Source: Anolis carolinensis
Taxonomy: Eukaryota
DNA: 64,000 nucleotides
Assembly (NCBI RefSeq): GCF_035594765.1
Contig: NC_085841.1
Span: 91,683,574 to 91,747,573, forward strand
Direction of reading: 5' to 3'
In this document: piece by piece, positions 37,820 through 52,738 of the stretch
How the letters are laid out: each line of letters opens with the position of its first letter
How positions within the stretch are numbered: position 1 is the first letter of the stretch
The notes under the pieces: model-generated
The model's database searches: none
Told to the model about the DNA's origin: nothing
Seen by the model: the letters and a program-made list of their open reading frames with translations, nothing else
Made by a program: the position numbers and the translations under genes

Positions 37820-38729
37820 CAGTAATACCTTGACATACAAGTTCTGTGACCAAGGTCGTGAAGAAGGTCATAACTTATTTTGTAACTGAAATGAATTTGA
37901 ATGCTATTAATCTGTTCCAGCCCCCCCCCCCAAACCACACCAATTTTATGTGTTTTTAAATAATAAGCTGAGGGCAGAAAGAAAGGCCTCCTCCTCCATT
38001 TCCTTCCTTCTCCTTCTCCTCAGATACCACTGCCTCCCTCCCTCCTCCTCTTCCTTGTCTTCCTCCCCCCCCTCAGAGGCAGTTGATGAAGGGGATGCTT
38101 GTGCTGCCTTCTCTCACACATGCTCCTGCCCCACTTGCAGCTGCGTATACACTCCACCATCCCCTCCCTGCCACCCCCCAAATGCCGCTGCCTCTTTTAT
38201 GCTCAAGGGAGTCACCCAAAGGACCCCTCTCTTCCTCTTCTTCCTCCTCCTCTCTGTCCTGGTTTTGGCTTAAGCCCATCGCTGCCACCACCATCACCGC
38301 TCTGTAGCAGTAGGAGACATTGACAGTGCCAGAGAGGAGGGGGGAAAAGAGACAGCTCTCCACACAGAGAATGTGTGCCTCATTCTCTCATGATGAGAGT
38401 CTGGTCATTCAGTCTCAGCTTCTGTTCTGGAAGGGATGAGATCCTTGACCAATGACACTGAGACTTGCATTATAGGCTGTCCAAAGGGCGGTTGCGTCAT
38501 GAAGAGGTGGAGAAGAACATGAAGGGAGGGGAAGAGAGAAAAAAGAGTGGTAGGAGTGTTTGAGAGGGACTTATAGGAGGGGAGATGATGGAGGAGGAGG
38601 AGGCCGCAAAAAGGGATATTAACTAGTAACTTGGACCTCTGCATTTATCTCGAAGCAAAAAATGAGCTGAACAATGGCTTGCATCTCAAAAAACTCACAA
38701 TCTGGGTTGCTTAAGTCAAGGTATCACCG
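37820..38729. mobile_element. Tigger/pogo-like non-autonomous element with a low-complexity interior
   Basis: TA|CAGTAATACCTTGAC ... GTCAAGGTATCACCG|TA inverted ends. Confidence 0.7.
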
Positions 38730-41700
38730 TAATAGTTACCTTTACTCCGGATGTTTTGGTTAACTGAGAGTCTACTGTATAGATGTAAGATGGATACAAA
38801 AAACAGGAGGTCTATTAGATACTTTATCTTTTAAACTGGAGATGTCACATCCCAGTATCTTGGAAAAGCCAGCCATGTGGAAGCCATTCTGTATGCTAGA
38901 TCTTCAGCATTGTTTATTTGCAATTTCCAGTCTATGAGGTTTGCAGTGTACAATATCATCTTTGAGGTTCAGGGAATCAGAAGTTTCTGTACCATATTTG
39001 ATTTCCTGTTGTTTAACAACTGCAATAACAAGCCAAGCACAAATTTAATGAGACATGGTTGTAGTCTATATTTACATCTAAACTAAAGATTAGATCTGTA
39101 AAGCTACTGTAACACAAATAAACTTCTACCAAGATATCTGAATACTTTGTAATGTGAGACTTTTTGCAGTCTCCCAATATAGAATTGTATTTGAGATCTT
39201 TGTTATACTCTTAATACACAATTCTGGTGAACCCTTATTTTGTTTGAATAGAAATTTGAAACTAAAGGGGAAGAGTGCATCAAATTAGCAGATTGATTTG
39301 CTGTTTATGTTATTAATATTTATGTGTAGAGTATACAGAAAAGGATATGACTTAAAATATTATTTTATTGCCTGTAAAAATTTTCTACTGAAATAGAATG
39401 GTGTTAATATCTGGCAGAGAGCACAGTACATTATTAAATATATTCTATTGAAATTAATGGAAAACATTTCTTCATATTTATTTCAACACCTTTTTTCCTA
39501 CTTAATTTCTCCATTCTTAAAGTGATCTCCACTCCAAGTTTTTTTTTTTTAAAAAAAACTAAACATACTTCTCCAAGTAAAAAACCCTAAACATACTAAC
39601 TGCACTTGATGATTTTAAATAATGTGCTCAATTACCTATATTACGTACAGGTATAGTATGTGTTTTTCAGACTTCATATTACTTCACCACAGTTTTTGAA
39701 AATTGTTATTATTTTGTTAAATTCATATGATAACTGAATGGGGAGGTGAGTTTCAAGAGATCCCCACCAGTCATTTTACTATCTTAATCTACAAATAGGA
39801 AGAAAAATAAGTTATATAAATTGGCCAAATCTGACAATCAGGTATGGGATAAATGTAGGAAAGAAGTAACAAAGAAAGGAAAGAAAACAGAGGAGAAAGG
39901 GCAGAAGAAGTCATCACAATAGAGTAGCAGTGACATATCAGGTATGTTAAAGTTCAAAATGTATGAAATGCCACACAGTTCAAAAGTGTCAGGCTTTATA
40001 TGCTGTTGAAACTGACCAAGCTTCCCTCCCTTAATAGAAGGGCCAAATATCAGTGACCCATTTGACCTAAAGAAGGGGAAACAAGTAACTTTCAATATTT
40101 TCAAGGAACTGATCAGGGTTGCCATAAGTCAAAAGATTATTTGAAGGCACATACACACACAACGCAGCTTCACCAGAGGCAATGTACATAGTTACATGGA
40201 GGTCACAAAGTAATGAGACCATGAGTGATTGCTTATAAGGTGATACAGATACTTGTGCCATTCTTTCCTTCACACAAATATAGACCCCCCTCCCTAAAAA
40301 CCTCTCCTATGATGTTATCAACTATATGAATGCACTTGTATTTTACTTTTTAAAAGTATACTTATTTTTCATTATATCACGGTATCACAGAAGAGAAAGT
40401 AATGATTGTATAGTATGCTCAAGTATTCTTTTGGAATAATTTCACACTAAGAGCTAAATATTATTCTCATTCTGTGGTGGAAATTGTAACATTGTTGTGT
40501 AAGAAGAGCCATATAACAGTAAATAAATTTTAAGGTATTTTAATGAGAAGACTATACAGACCATCCCAATCATTATAAGGAGCTGAACAAAATTTCTGAT
40601 TCTTATTCCCTTGGCACTAAGTCTGAACACCCGATGTGGTATTGCTTAATAGATGCCTACTCATAAAAAACTTTCTTAATAGCTGTCTATCAAAATATTA
40701 ATTACAGTCCTATCCGTATATATTAGGATTAAAGTCTTGGCTGTCTGCATTTCAACTTCAATTATTCTTTTGCTAGTGTAGAAAAATATTCATCATGTTA
40801 GAAATTTGCATTTATAGTTTTTTTTTCTTTTTTCACCCTCAGGCTTTTTGTGTACCTACATGCTAGCTAACATACAAAAATGCCTTTCATTAATAAAATA
40901 GAATTCATTAATAATACATTATAACATAGCAGCATTAGATCAGAAATATTAGCATAGACATTTCATTGCTATTTTGTTACTCCTAATAATATTGCTGTAA
41001 TTAGAATAATCAAGAGGTACATGCTACGTCAATAATTTATTTTATTTTCATGCATTTTTAGAAGTTTTCTCTCTATTGGATGGTATCACAAGATAGACAG
41101 CTATTAAGCAAAATTTTCTGCATTTCATGAATTTTTACAAACAATATCTGTGCCAACAACAGTTTTTGTAAAGAAAATATATCTTTATACAAAAACGAAT
41201 GCTTTCTTTCTGTAAAAACCGTATTCCTCGTATACATGAATTTTTTACACAAAATCCTGAAATGCAAACAAATCACAACACAACAATGTAATGATCGGTC
41301 ATTTTTGAGATGATGTTTTAATGTCTCAAGACATGGTTCTTGTCAAGACAGAAACTCTATATATTTTCTACATCCTGAACTAGCCATATAGGCAGAATTC
41401 CATTCATGAGAAAAAAATATTGATGCGTATTCTAGACTACTGTAAGGTTCACAATCTTTAGAAGTAGCAGCTTTATGCTTAAGAAAAAGTCATTTGTAAA
41501 TGTAAGGTGGGTTGTTCTGCATTTATTCTTTGCTGGGTATGATCATGAACATGTATGTATATATGTGAAAGGAATTAGAAGAGGTGGGAAAAAAACCTTG
41601 CCTGCATCCAGTACACATATTTATTTATACATGTCAAAGATTCAATACCTCACATCCATAAAAACATATAAAGACATTACACATCTAAAAAGGATCACAT

Positions 41701-41859
41701 ATGGCAATAAATTAAATCATTAAAAACTATATTTACCATCAGCATAACGATAAAATGTGAAAACAATAAACATTAAGGCATTTAATCATTGCATCGATCC
41801 CATGATTTTCTTTAGCAGCTTGCCCATTGGTGTTATTCATCAAATGCCTGTTTACACAG

Positions 41860-42070
41860 CAAAGTTTTGAGTTGCTTCCTAAATGCCAGGAGGGAGGGAG
41901 CCTATCTAATCTCACTGGGGAGGGAGTTCCACAGCTGAGGGGCCACCGCCGTGAAGGCCCTGTCTCTCATCCCCACCAAGTGAACCTGCAAAGGCAGCAG
42001 GACCGAGAGCATGACCTCCCTGGCTGATCTTTATGCTCTAACTGGTTCATAAAGGGAGATGCATTGATTT
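41860..42070 (-). mobile_element. L2-type LINE fragment
   Basis: GGGAGGGAGTTCCACAGCTGAGGGGCCACC-type L2 3' region in reverse orientation. Confidence 0.55.
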
Positions 42071-44079
42071 GGGCTGCACTGTTGCTGTTAAAAGATACAT
42101 GAGCAACCATATGTCCTGAGGTTAAATCCAGTCCTCCTGGGTTCCAAATTTGGGGTCCTCCATGTAGCCAGACTCCCCCTTTCACCAAACCACACTGTTT
42201 AGTAGCTTTCTGGCTGTTTTATGTGTTCCCATTCTGAAGGGTTGAAATACAGCTCAATTACCAGCAGTACGAACATTACATTAAAACATATTGCTGCTTC
42301 TGGTCACTGCCCATCATTTATAATATAGCCCCATGGAATATGTCTAAGACCGAATCTTGTCCTTAGATGAAACAGATCCCTATGTTTTGTTTTTTTTGCT
42401 AAAATGTGGTCTGTATAGCTAGTTCTGATAACAACAATCAACTGGTTGATGGGTATAGTAGGAACTTATTCAAGCCCCTCCTCTCATAAAACCAGGATCC
42501 CAACAAGTGTCTAGTCTGCACATCACATCCTGCACTTTTAAAAATAAATGTCCATAGGGTTTTTTTCATGTCAGGAGTGACTCAAGAAACTGCATAAAGT
42601 TATAAGAATAGGCTTCCTCACACTGTCAGTCATGATTTCTCCTGCTATGCTTTGAGAGAAATATAAATGATGGTTAAATTTTATAGCTTTTTTGGTTCAA
42701 AATCATAGGAAGGCCAGGAAGAGTAATTTCCAATGGTATCACAAAGCACAGTTTTCCATAAGGTATTTGCTTTTTAATCCTCACTTTCTCTCCCCTTCCC
42801 TTTTCCCCACAATCTGGTTTCTTGGATTCAGTGTGCATAGAAATTCCCCATGGAAGCAAAACTGAAAAACAAACCCACTAACCTAATGCTATTGCAAGCT
42901 ACTCTCCAATAGAGAAGACCTACTGCTAAATGCCATAATTCAAGTAACATTTGCCAAAGTTCTAACACAGAGATTCTTCCACATTCTCTCTTTACATTTC
43001 ACTATACCTCATACCCTTTGGCAGTTCCAAAGGGGTGATCACCTTGCTGGGTTGATGAATTCCAAGAACTGAGCAGTAATTATGATGCTGGTGGAGTGTG
43101 GGATGCAGCCAGCAATTCAATGGCAGGAATTTAAATACTGCTTGGCCAAAATAGCAAAATCTGCTAATTTGTTGCACTGAATATTTTGTTGTATGTCATA
43201 ATCATGAGCCTTGTCATAGGCTGTGAAAGGCAAATTAAATTGCCTCAGCCTGCCTCTTCCACAGTGACTATCAGCGGGTAAGAGATGTTGCAAATTTCAG
43301 GTTAGACGCTTCAATGTGTCCATTTTGAGGACTCCATCTTGTTAGCTAATGACCCTTTTTGACTGGTAAGCAGAAATTATTAATGCAATAATGACCTTTA
43401 AAAAGCTAGGTGTTTACAATTGTTTTTAACCCATTTAGCATGGATTCATCTAGGAGAGAAAACCTATGAGGGAAAGCTAATCTTCAATTTAGGTCCATAA
43501 CCAGCTGAAATTTTCAGCAGTTGACAATGGTATAAAGAACAACAATCCTGAATGTTTTTTGTGGAGGAGAAAGCAGGGTTTCCTTTCTGATGACCTTTTT
43601 AATGACAACTCCAAACTGTCACACGAACCACTTTGAACATAATTTCAATATCTATTCTCCAGGTCAGAACTATTCATTCAGCAAAAAACCTACCAATCAA
43701 ATGATAATTCTTCAGCCTTTGATGATCTACATTATTGCAGTTCAGAGCCTGATTTCATGTGTTCAATATTCCCTTGAAAAACTTCTGACATTCAGATAGA
43801 GATCTAGAACTGAAATGTCCAAATATGAAGGTTCTGCTACAATAGTGGTCAATGGTCTGAGCATAGGATGCAGTGTCACTTACAGGATATGGTGAAACAG
43901 AAGCTGACAGTGTTCAAGAGTTAATAGGAACAGAGAACTATATCTTATTATGAGTTTACCTCCCCCCCCCCCCCCCCGCAAAAAAAAAAAACACAACCCA
44001 TGGAAATGTGAAATTAGCTCCCAGTTCTGGCATTGTTTCATCTTCTCAAGTACCTATAGGCTCCATCAACCTATTCATT

Positions 44080-44520
44080 TAGTTACAGTATTTATATTCC
44101 GCCCTTCTCACCTGAAGGGAACTCAGGGTGGATCACAGAACAGATATACAGCAAACATTCAATGCAGATTATAACAATGACAAGACAGACAACAGATAGA
44201 GATATATGTAGGCTTTCCCATCTTTTGGCATCTTTGGAGGCTTTGCTCGATTCTAGTCACTGGGGGGTGCTGTCACTCTATCTCCCTGCCAAAGAGCTAC
44301 TTTGTTCATAAACTTCCTCTTTTTTCTGATCGAAACACTGAGCATAAATAAATACCTCCCCGCTTTTAATGCAGTTCCTATTTATCTACTCATATTTGTT
44401 TTCAAACTGCTGGCTAAAGGTCAGGAGTTCACCCTGATCCGGGCTTCGAACTCTCAACCTTCTGGTTGGCAAGATTAATTGCAGCTTGGTGATTAACCTG
44501 CTGTGCTAAAGCCTGGCCCT
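44080..44520. mobile_element. Chimeric repeat: minus-strand L2-type tail joined to a Sauria-SINE-related segment
   Basis: ATATTCCGCCCTTCTCACCTGAAGGGAACTCAGGG, then CCTATTTATCTACTCATATTTGTTTTCAAACTGCT, similar to 26140-26180. Confidence 0.55.
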
Positions 44521-45510
44521 AGAAGTAACCATTTACTTTCTACATGTCACTTGGTTGAGCCCATGCGTTTTCGCCTCTACTATTTTAAGTCAGTGAGGTC
44601 TGCATCTCTAGCATTCTACATTATTATTTTTAAAATTATAATACATTTTAATACAACTTATGGTTTTAATTTTATCTACATTTTAATCATGTTTTGAATC
44701 ACCACCTTGTGTCTCAGTATTGAGAGAAAGATTGGGAATCCTTATAAAATGCATACATACATACATTCTTGGATCTTCATGCCTCAACACTGAAAAAGCA
44801 CTCCAGGCCACAATCTAATTTTGAACTCCAGCTATGGAATGCATCATCAATATTCTTATATTTTCTTATTGTCAAGTTGTCCCTCCACCCACCCACCTAA
44901 TACAGTCCAGCTGTATAATGCTGTGGATCAGACTTGTATCAAGATTGAAAGAACTCAGCTTCCTAGCAAGTCTAGTTATCTCTATTGATTTTTAATAGGT
45001 TTTTAGGCTCTGAAGCACTGTGTGTTTGCCATTGACAATCTAACCAAGAATCAATTAAGTTAATTGAGTCAGGTCACACAAGTAACTCAATGGTAGAGCC
45101 TGGGGGGAAACCTGTTTTTGAACTCATCTGCAGAAAAGATGCAATTGTGTTGTTTCCTTTAAAAAAACAACAACACATGGACCTCTGAAATAAAGCTATT
45201 CACCCTTATTTATTTATCATGTCAGAAGCGAACTGAGGATACAAGTTTTAATGTATTTGAAAACATAAAGTTTTAAAAACCTAACAACTTGGCATTATAA
45301 CCCTGTCAGATACAAATAAAAGAAAATGCTTAATCGTGAAAGAAATACGGAGTCAAAAGATTTATTTGTCTTACTTTGGAACATAACTTCCTTGATTGAG
45401 TGATCACAAATCTGTGCAGATGATACCTCAAGGAAGTCTAAGAGACTATGGTATCATATATTATTACAGCCCCACATGCCAAACTACACATAGGGCCAAG
45501 GGCTGATATA

Positions 45511-45833
45511 TAGTAGAGTCTCACTTATCCAACACTTGCTTAGCCAACGTTCTGGATTATCCAACGCATTTTAGTAGTTAATGTTTTCAATACATTGTGA
45601 TATTTTGGTGCTAAATTCATAAATACAGTAATTACTACATAGCATTACTGCGTATTGAACTACTTTTTCTGTCAAATTTGTTGTATAACATGATGTTTTG
45701 GTACTTAATTTGTAAAATCATAATGTAATTTGATGTTTAATAGGCTTTTCCTTAATCCCTCCTTATTATCCAACATATTTGCTTATCCAACGTTTTGCTG
45801 GCCCGTTTATGTTGGATAAGTGACACTCCACTG
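45511..45833. mobile_element. pogo/Tigger-like MITE, 323 bp
   Basis: (T)AGTAGAGTCTCACTTATCCAA ... TTGGATAAGTGACACTCCACTG with TA flanks; same family as 50355-50677. Confidence 0.9.
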
Positions 45834-45965
45834 TATTGATGTTTTTCATTTAACTGTGATGAAAGGACAGAACCAGCCATTCCCTAATCTCCCTCCTGGA
45901 ATTCTGCCTCTAAAAATTAGAGATATTTCTGGTTATGATCTTTATCAGACTTGCTTATTTCATTA

Positions 45966-46720
45966 TTGAATCATAGAGTTGGAAGAGACCATAAGGATCA
46001 TCCAGCCAAACCCTCTGCCATATAGAAATACACAATGAAAGAACTCCTGACAGAAGCCAATCAGCCTCCAGAGGAGGCTCCACAACATGCCAAGGCAACA
46101 TATTCCACTAACAGCTCTTACCTTTGGGAGGTTCTTACTAATGTTTAGGTTGAATTTCCTGTCCTGTAGTATGAATCTACAACTCCATATCCTAATTGCC
46201 AAAGTAACAGAAAACAAGCTGGTTCCCTCTTCAAAATGACAGCATTTCAAATATTCAATATGGTTATCTTGTGACCCCTTAACCTTCCCTTTTCCACACT
46301 AAGTGTACCACCCAGCTTCCTAACCTGCTCCTAACATGGTATAATTTTTACATCTTTTACCATGTTCCTACTTCTCAATATTCCTCTGTGGTACTCAGAA
46401 CTGAATTCAATATTCCAGGTGATACTATACCTCCATTAATTTAGAGACTATATTCCTATTGATGCAGTTTAGAATCACATGAGACTTTTTAAGCTACTAC
46501 TGTTCTCTGAGTATTAGTTATCCCTCCCAATTTGGTGTCATTTGCAAATTTGATAAGCATGCCTTCTATTCTATTGCCCAGGACAAAGCACTTTGACATC
46601 CCTCTAATAGTCACTTCTCTCCAGGACAAAGAGGTGAATAACCTTTGGGTTTGATTGGCCAACTAAATCCCAATCCACCTACCAGTAGCATTGTCTTCAC
46701 CCCAATTTATTACCTTAATT
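45966..46720 (-). mobile_element. CR1 LINE 3' region, decayed
   Basis: GAATCATAGAGTTGGAAGAGACC tail; CCCAATTTGGTGTCATTTGCAAATTTGAT is the reverse of IKFANDTKLG. Confidence 0.8.
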
Positions 46721-48276
46721 GAAAAAAAAATCATTCATAAATCCTTACTTTTTGGCATTAATCTGTGATTAAAGTTTTCTGTAAAGAACAAAAAATAATA
46801 TTTAATTCAATTTAATTATATTTAATTCATATTTTCCCCCAAAGTACTAGTTTTTAAACATTCTTAAATGCATTTTGCTGTTTCTAAATCGAGAAGTGAA
46901 TTTCAAAAGACAGAGGGAGTCAGTGTGTTCTGAACTGTCCAGGAGAGATAAACCAAGTAAATTTGCTTTGAATTGTGGACCTATTGAAATGTTTGACCAT
47001 TGATAGTGCCACTCTTCATCATGTGTAATGTAAATCCAAATGAATAATGAAAAGCTAAAATAATGTTTAATTTTACTGTCAATAGTCCGAGGGGGTAGCC
47101 ACATTAGTGCACTACAGCAAAACCAGCAAATAATCTTTTTTGGGGGCACAGGTTTCATGGACTGCAGTACATTTAATTAGAAGTGACCTGACAAAAAATG
47201 AACAAAAAATAATCCATGGAAGCAAATGCCAAATAATACTTGTTAATCTTAAAGGTACAACTGAACCCCTTCCTGGTGTTTGGAACACTTGAGAGACAAT
47301 GGAGTCATTTGTGCAAGTCCTTCTTAACTGATCATTGCTGGACTATTATGTGAAAAGGATAACATGGATTTTAATATTGTAGGTAACTTGAGAGCCTGGT
47401 TGTATGAGAACACTGCTAATAATAACCATAGGAAAAATGATTTTTGAATTATCTCTACTCCACAGCAGCAAAGTAAGAGGATTTTTATTTTGCATTTTGA
47501 AAAAGATTTTTAGTGTAAGTATAATCTTGGTTTTCTGTTGATGAGCACTAAACACTAAGCTGCATGAAGAGTAAAATACTTAAGAGTTCTGTGTCACTAA
47601 AGAAAACAAATCACTAAAATGTGCTATCACAAAGCCATGGCAGACTGATGAAGCATTGTGGAAGTCAGAGCAGTAGATGAGAAATTCTTTTGGCCTTTTG
47701 AAGTGTACGATCTCCAACTGTATGCTCTGGATAGCAACAAAGTAGAAAAAGCCAGATGGAAAATTCCATGGAGTGCTTTATCAGCCACCTGCCATTTTCT
47801 GAAAGTAGCCAGAAATGAAACCATAATTTATTAACTTTGGGGATGAAAGACTAGTGAGTATGTGGGCTGCTTTAGGGTAATGATGCATATGTAGGTGGTT
47901 TGGTGCCATAAGATATGCAGGTGGCATTTTTAAAAAGATCCTAACATGCCAAATATATTCACTGTCAGAAAAGTCAGCTTTCATGTCAAGCAAACCACAA
48001 TGTAGAATTGCAGCCTAGCAAGTGAGCGCAGCCATATATTAGTAGACAATTTATATAATTTCATTCATAACTCTTTCTAGATTGCAACATAGTTTGAATT
48101 TCTTTCTAGTATGGCAAGAAGACAGCCATGTTCCCCACCAGTAGGAATATCTGAAAAACATTTTGTGTTTATTTTGCTTATCCAGTTAGTATGTTACCAT
48201 TTCCCCAGAGTGAGACACAAAGAATCTTGTAGCACCTTAGAGACTGAGAAAATGAAGGTCATGGTATAGTCAAATT

Positions 48277-49297
48277 TGAAGCTAGGACCGTGGATAATGG
48301 GGTCCATGCCCAGCGAACTCAGGCTAACAGCAAATGGGCTAGGACAGAGAGAAACAACTCATCAGGATAAAGAAAACCACAGAGGTTTATTCAATCAGGC
48401 CAGAAGGATGCAAGTACAAGCAGACATGCTTTCAAAGTACAAGCATAACATGAATACAGAGACCTGAACTTTTATACATTTGACAGCCATTCAAACCTCC
48501 TGCTCCGCTCCTTGACTGGTTAAGAAAGGGGCTGGTTTGGATCCATGCCTTAATTGGCTGAAGCTTTACTGACATTGCTGCTTCTAGGTGAAGATTCCCC
48601 CTCGTGGGAGGAGATGGCTGAGGATTGGTCCCAGGATGGCCAATCAGCTATAGGGACACCCCTCTGGAAAGGGGCAAGCTCTAGAAGATCCAAATTCATA
48701 AAGAAAAAATGGCAGTTTAGTGTGATGGAGATATGATCTCTGTAATCAAGGTTTGAGTTCCAAATAAATGAGCTCTATGAGTGTACAAACTCTGACCTTC
48801 TGTTTCTGCGCCCAGCAGCCTCTCAGCTTCAAATGGGCCATTTACCTGGACAAATTATTTCTCAGGCTTATTGTGGTACAAGAAACAAGAAATAGTTCAT
48901 CTTTGAATACACACAATAGGTGGGGTGGTTGTCCTGGCTGGGAAATGGTCAGGAGGGATTAACCTTCCTGTTTTCCAGGCTTGACACAGCTGGGTCACGG
49001 AGGGGTGATGGTTCCTGGGCTCATTTGAGATATATTTTATATAAAAGTAGGTATAAGCCAAGGAATAAAGGATACAAAGTATATAGAAAGCAATGAAAAA
49101 TAGATACATTTATTAGAGGCTTAGAAACGATGCAGTATTGGGGCGTTTGATACTGCCGCTGATTCATTTCTGGTATCCTTATTCTCCACAATTGTTGAAG
49201 TCCAGAAAAGTTATAAAATGGAATTAAAAAATCATACTTTTATTCCTGTGTCCCAAATCTGTGTGTCGGGGGGGGGGGGGGGGATATTGTGCTCAAC
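48277..49297 (-). mobile_element. ERV-like solo LTR (boundaries approximate)
   Basis: On the minus strand: CCAAT-box cluster (~48550-48650), TATAAAA (~48470), AATAAA (~48385-48390), then a ...CA end. No clean TSD found. Confidence 0.45.
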
Positions 49298-50354
49298 AAC
49301 AATAGCATAAAATGTAATAAACAAACGGTGCATCTACACTGTAGATTCCATGCAGTTTGACACCACTTTAACGGTGTCATCCAAACTTAAATGTCAAAGA
49401 TTGAAAGCGTATCTAAAAAGGTCAAGACCAGATTTTATTTTTTTGCAAGAATTTCACCAGGTGGGTGGTCGTAATGAAATTCATCTGGATTGGATAGAGC
49501 ATTATATAAAGGGATTTGGAAGTTCTAAAGCCAGGGGGGTTGCAGTGTTAATCTCACAAAGAGTGGGTTTTAAGATTGATTTAATTGAGAAGGATGATGA
49601 AGGGCGATTTTTGATAATTAAGGGTACAATAAATAATGAGGATTATCTGTTAGTGAATATCTTAGCCCCAAACTCAGGCCAAAGGGATTTTTTTAGAGGG
49701 GTTGACAAGAGGATTAGAAAAGTACAAACAGACAATATGATTGTGGCAGGGGATTTTAACACAACATTTAACCAAGAATTGGACTCATCATCACATCATG
49801 TATTGAGAATAATGAAAGCTATATACATATTATTCAGCAGTGCACAAGGTATTCACAAGAATTGATTATATATTCATAACACCATCCCTAACAAAATATG
49901 TTAAAGAAGTCAATGTAAATTTAAATTCTATAAGTGACCATCAAGATGTGAATATGGTATTAGAATATCAAATTGACTATGAGCCCCTAAAAAGAATGTG
50001 GATGGACATAAAGATTATTAATAAAAATTTTATAAGGGGAAATATTTTAAGAGAATGGGCAGAAATATCGGAGTTGAATGAAAGGGAACCCCCTTCATAT
50101 GAGGTGCTTTGGGATGCAATGAAAGCAGTTTTAAGAGGATTGTTTAGTAAATATTCAGGTATACTGAAGAAACAGGAAAGGGAACATGAGAACCAACTGA
50201 TAGGTGAAATAAAAAACCTTGAATCAAGGTACTTGTTAACAAAGGATCTGAAGATTATAAATAATATTACCAGATTAAAGAAAGAGTTGCAGGCTAAAGA
50301 TATAGAAAAAGTTAAAAAAGACATGATGTATACAAACAGATATTATTTTGAATA

Positions 50355-50677
50355 CAGTAGAGTCTCACTTATCCAAGCCTCGCTTATCCAAGCCTCTGGA
50401 TAATCCAAGTCATTTTTGTAGTCAATGTTTTAAATATATCGTGATATTTTGGTGCTAAATTCATAAATACAGTAATTACAACATAACATTACTGCGTATT
50501 GAACTACTTTTTCTGTCAAATTTGTTGTATAACATGAAGTTTTGGTGCTTAATTTGTAAAATCATAACCTAATTTGATGTTTAATAGGCTTTTCCTTAAT
50601 CCCTCCTTATTATCCAAGATATTCGCTTATCCAAGCTTCTGCCGGCCCGTTTAGCTTGGATAAGTGAGACTCTACTG
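50355..50677. mobile_element. pogo/Tigger-like MITE, 323 bp, inserted in L1 ORF2
   Basis: Perfect TIR CAGTAGAGTCTCACTTATCCAAG with TA TSD; removal restores L1 YYFEYNNKSSKLLA. Confidence 0.92.
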
Positions 50678-52489
50678 TATAATAATAAAAGCTCAAAACT
50701 GCTGGCAAAAATAGCACAGACAGAAAAGGAAAAAAGGGAGATTGGAAGTATCAAGGATAGTAATGGTAGCTTATGTGCCAGAATGGTAGATAAAATCAAA
50801 GCAATACAGGATTTCTATTCCAATATGTATAGAGGAAAAGAAGTAGATATAGCCGAGCTAGACAAATATCTGGAAAAAATTTAGGCAAGTGAGACACACA
50901 GTAAGGAAATGGAGATGTCTATAACACAAGAGGAAATTAAAGACACAATAAACAAATTAAGGAAGGGTAAGTCACTAGGCGAAGATGGTATGCCAGCTGA
51001 AATCTATACCCAAATTACAGAGATTGTTCAATGAAATATTGAGGGGGAAACCCATTCATGGAAACATACTAGGATAATATTGATACCTAAACCTGGTAAG
51101 GACAAATTAATATTAGACTTGTAGCGCCCTAATTCTCTAATTAACCAAGACACAAAAATTTTCATGGCAATTTTGGCCAATAGATTAAAGAATTTTTTAA
51201 AGAATTATATTAACCCGGACCAATGTGGGTTTGTTAAGGGAAGACAAATGTCTGACTTGGTCCGTAGAGTGATAAATATTATAGAGAATGCCAAAAACGA
51301 GAAAGCTCAGGTAGGCATTTTTGCATTGGATATATATAAAGCCTTTGATACAGTAGGGTGGGTAGTGTTGAAATCTCTAATTAAAAAATATGGTTTTGGA
51401 GAGGGTTTCCAACATATAATAGAACAAATATATTCAGAAAACAGGGCTAAAGTCATAATTAATTATTCGGGTACTGAATCTTTTAGTATTAAACAAGGAG
51501 TAAGGCAGGGTTGTCCTCTTTCCCTGGTATTATTTATTTTAGTTATCGAATTATTAGCTTCTGTGATTAGGGGACAATAAAACCAAAATTAGCTTATTTG
51601 CGGATGATACACTTTTGACAGTAAGGAATCCAGATAGGGCACTAGACCGGATCAATCTACATTTAAAGCAGTTTGGAAAAATAACAGGTTTAATAATTAA
51701 TGGGAAGAAAACGGAGGTAATGACAATAAACCTGGAGGGAAAGGACAAAGAGAAAATAATGGATCAATTTAAGGTTAAGATTAGAAGCAAAATTAAGTAC
51801 TTAGGCGTTACAATACCTGTAAATTATTCAGAGTTAAAAAAATTAAATTTTGATAGACTATTTAGGGAAAGCCAAGAATGAAAACTGGAATATAAAAAAA
51901 AATTAATCTCTCATGGTTTGGTAGAATTGCAATTTTTAAAATGAAACTATTATCTAAATTTAACTTCCTATGTAATATTTTACCTATTAAATTACCAGAG
52001 GTTGATCTTTAAAAATGGCAGAAATTAGTTAATGAATTTTGTAATGGAACTACCAAGAGGCTTATGGTATATTTCACAGAAATTAGGGGGATTAGGAATA
52101 CCAGAATTAAAAACCTATTATGAGACACATATAATAAAAGGAGTGTTTAGGCTGCTCTTAGAACCTAAATTAATCTGGCGGGAACTGGAAGGAAAGTGTT
52201 GGCAAAGAGATTAAGTGGATATGTTTTTCTTGTCAAAAACTGGCAAAGTAATTAAGGGGTGTAAAAACAACCTGTGTAAAGAGGTTATGGAGACATGGGA
52301 TAAGTTAAGAAATAAGATATTTCCAGGAGTTTCTCCTCTAACTCCAATAGTCCTACTGGAAAAATTTCCAGAAGATCTGAGAATTAAACTTAAGAATAAA
52401 AAATTAGTGGAGGTGGAAACTGCTCTTTCTTGGAAGGAATGGATACAAAATTCAAGAGGCAACTTGATCCTGGAATTCAACCCATGATT

Positions 52490-52658
52490 TTATCATTTTA
52501 TCTTTGTATGTGATTTTTTATGATTTTTTAAATCGTTGCTTGATGTTTTATTGTTGATTGATCTGTTTTATTGTTTTGCTTTTATATTGTTGGGGCTTGG
52601 CCCCATGTAAGCCGCCGTGAGTCCCTTCGGGGAGATGGGGCAGGATATAAGAATAAAG

Positions 52659-52737
<79 letters not shown>
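52490..52737 (+). mobile_element. L2-type 3' end with a (GTT)n(ATT)n tail, inside the L1 3' region
   Basis: GTAAGCCGCCGTGAGTCCCTTCGGGGAGATGGGGCAGGATATAAGAATAAA followed by a compound microsatellite. Confidence 0.75.

Positions 52738-52738
<1 letters not shown>

Noticed and set aside
43190-43400. Possible conserved non-coding element (also ~29790-30140)
   Set aside because: Non-repetitive look and TAAT motifs only; cannot be supported without cross-species alignment.
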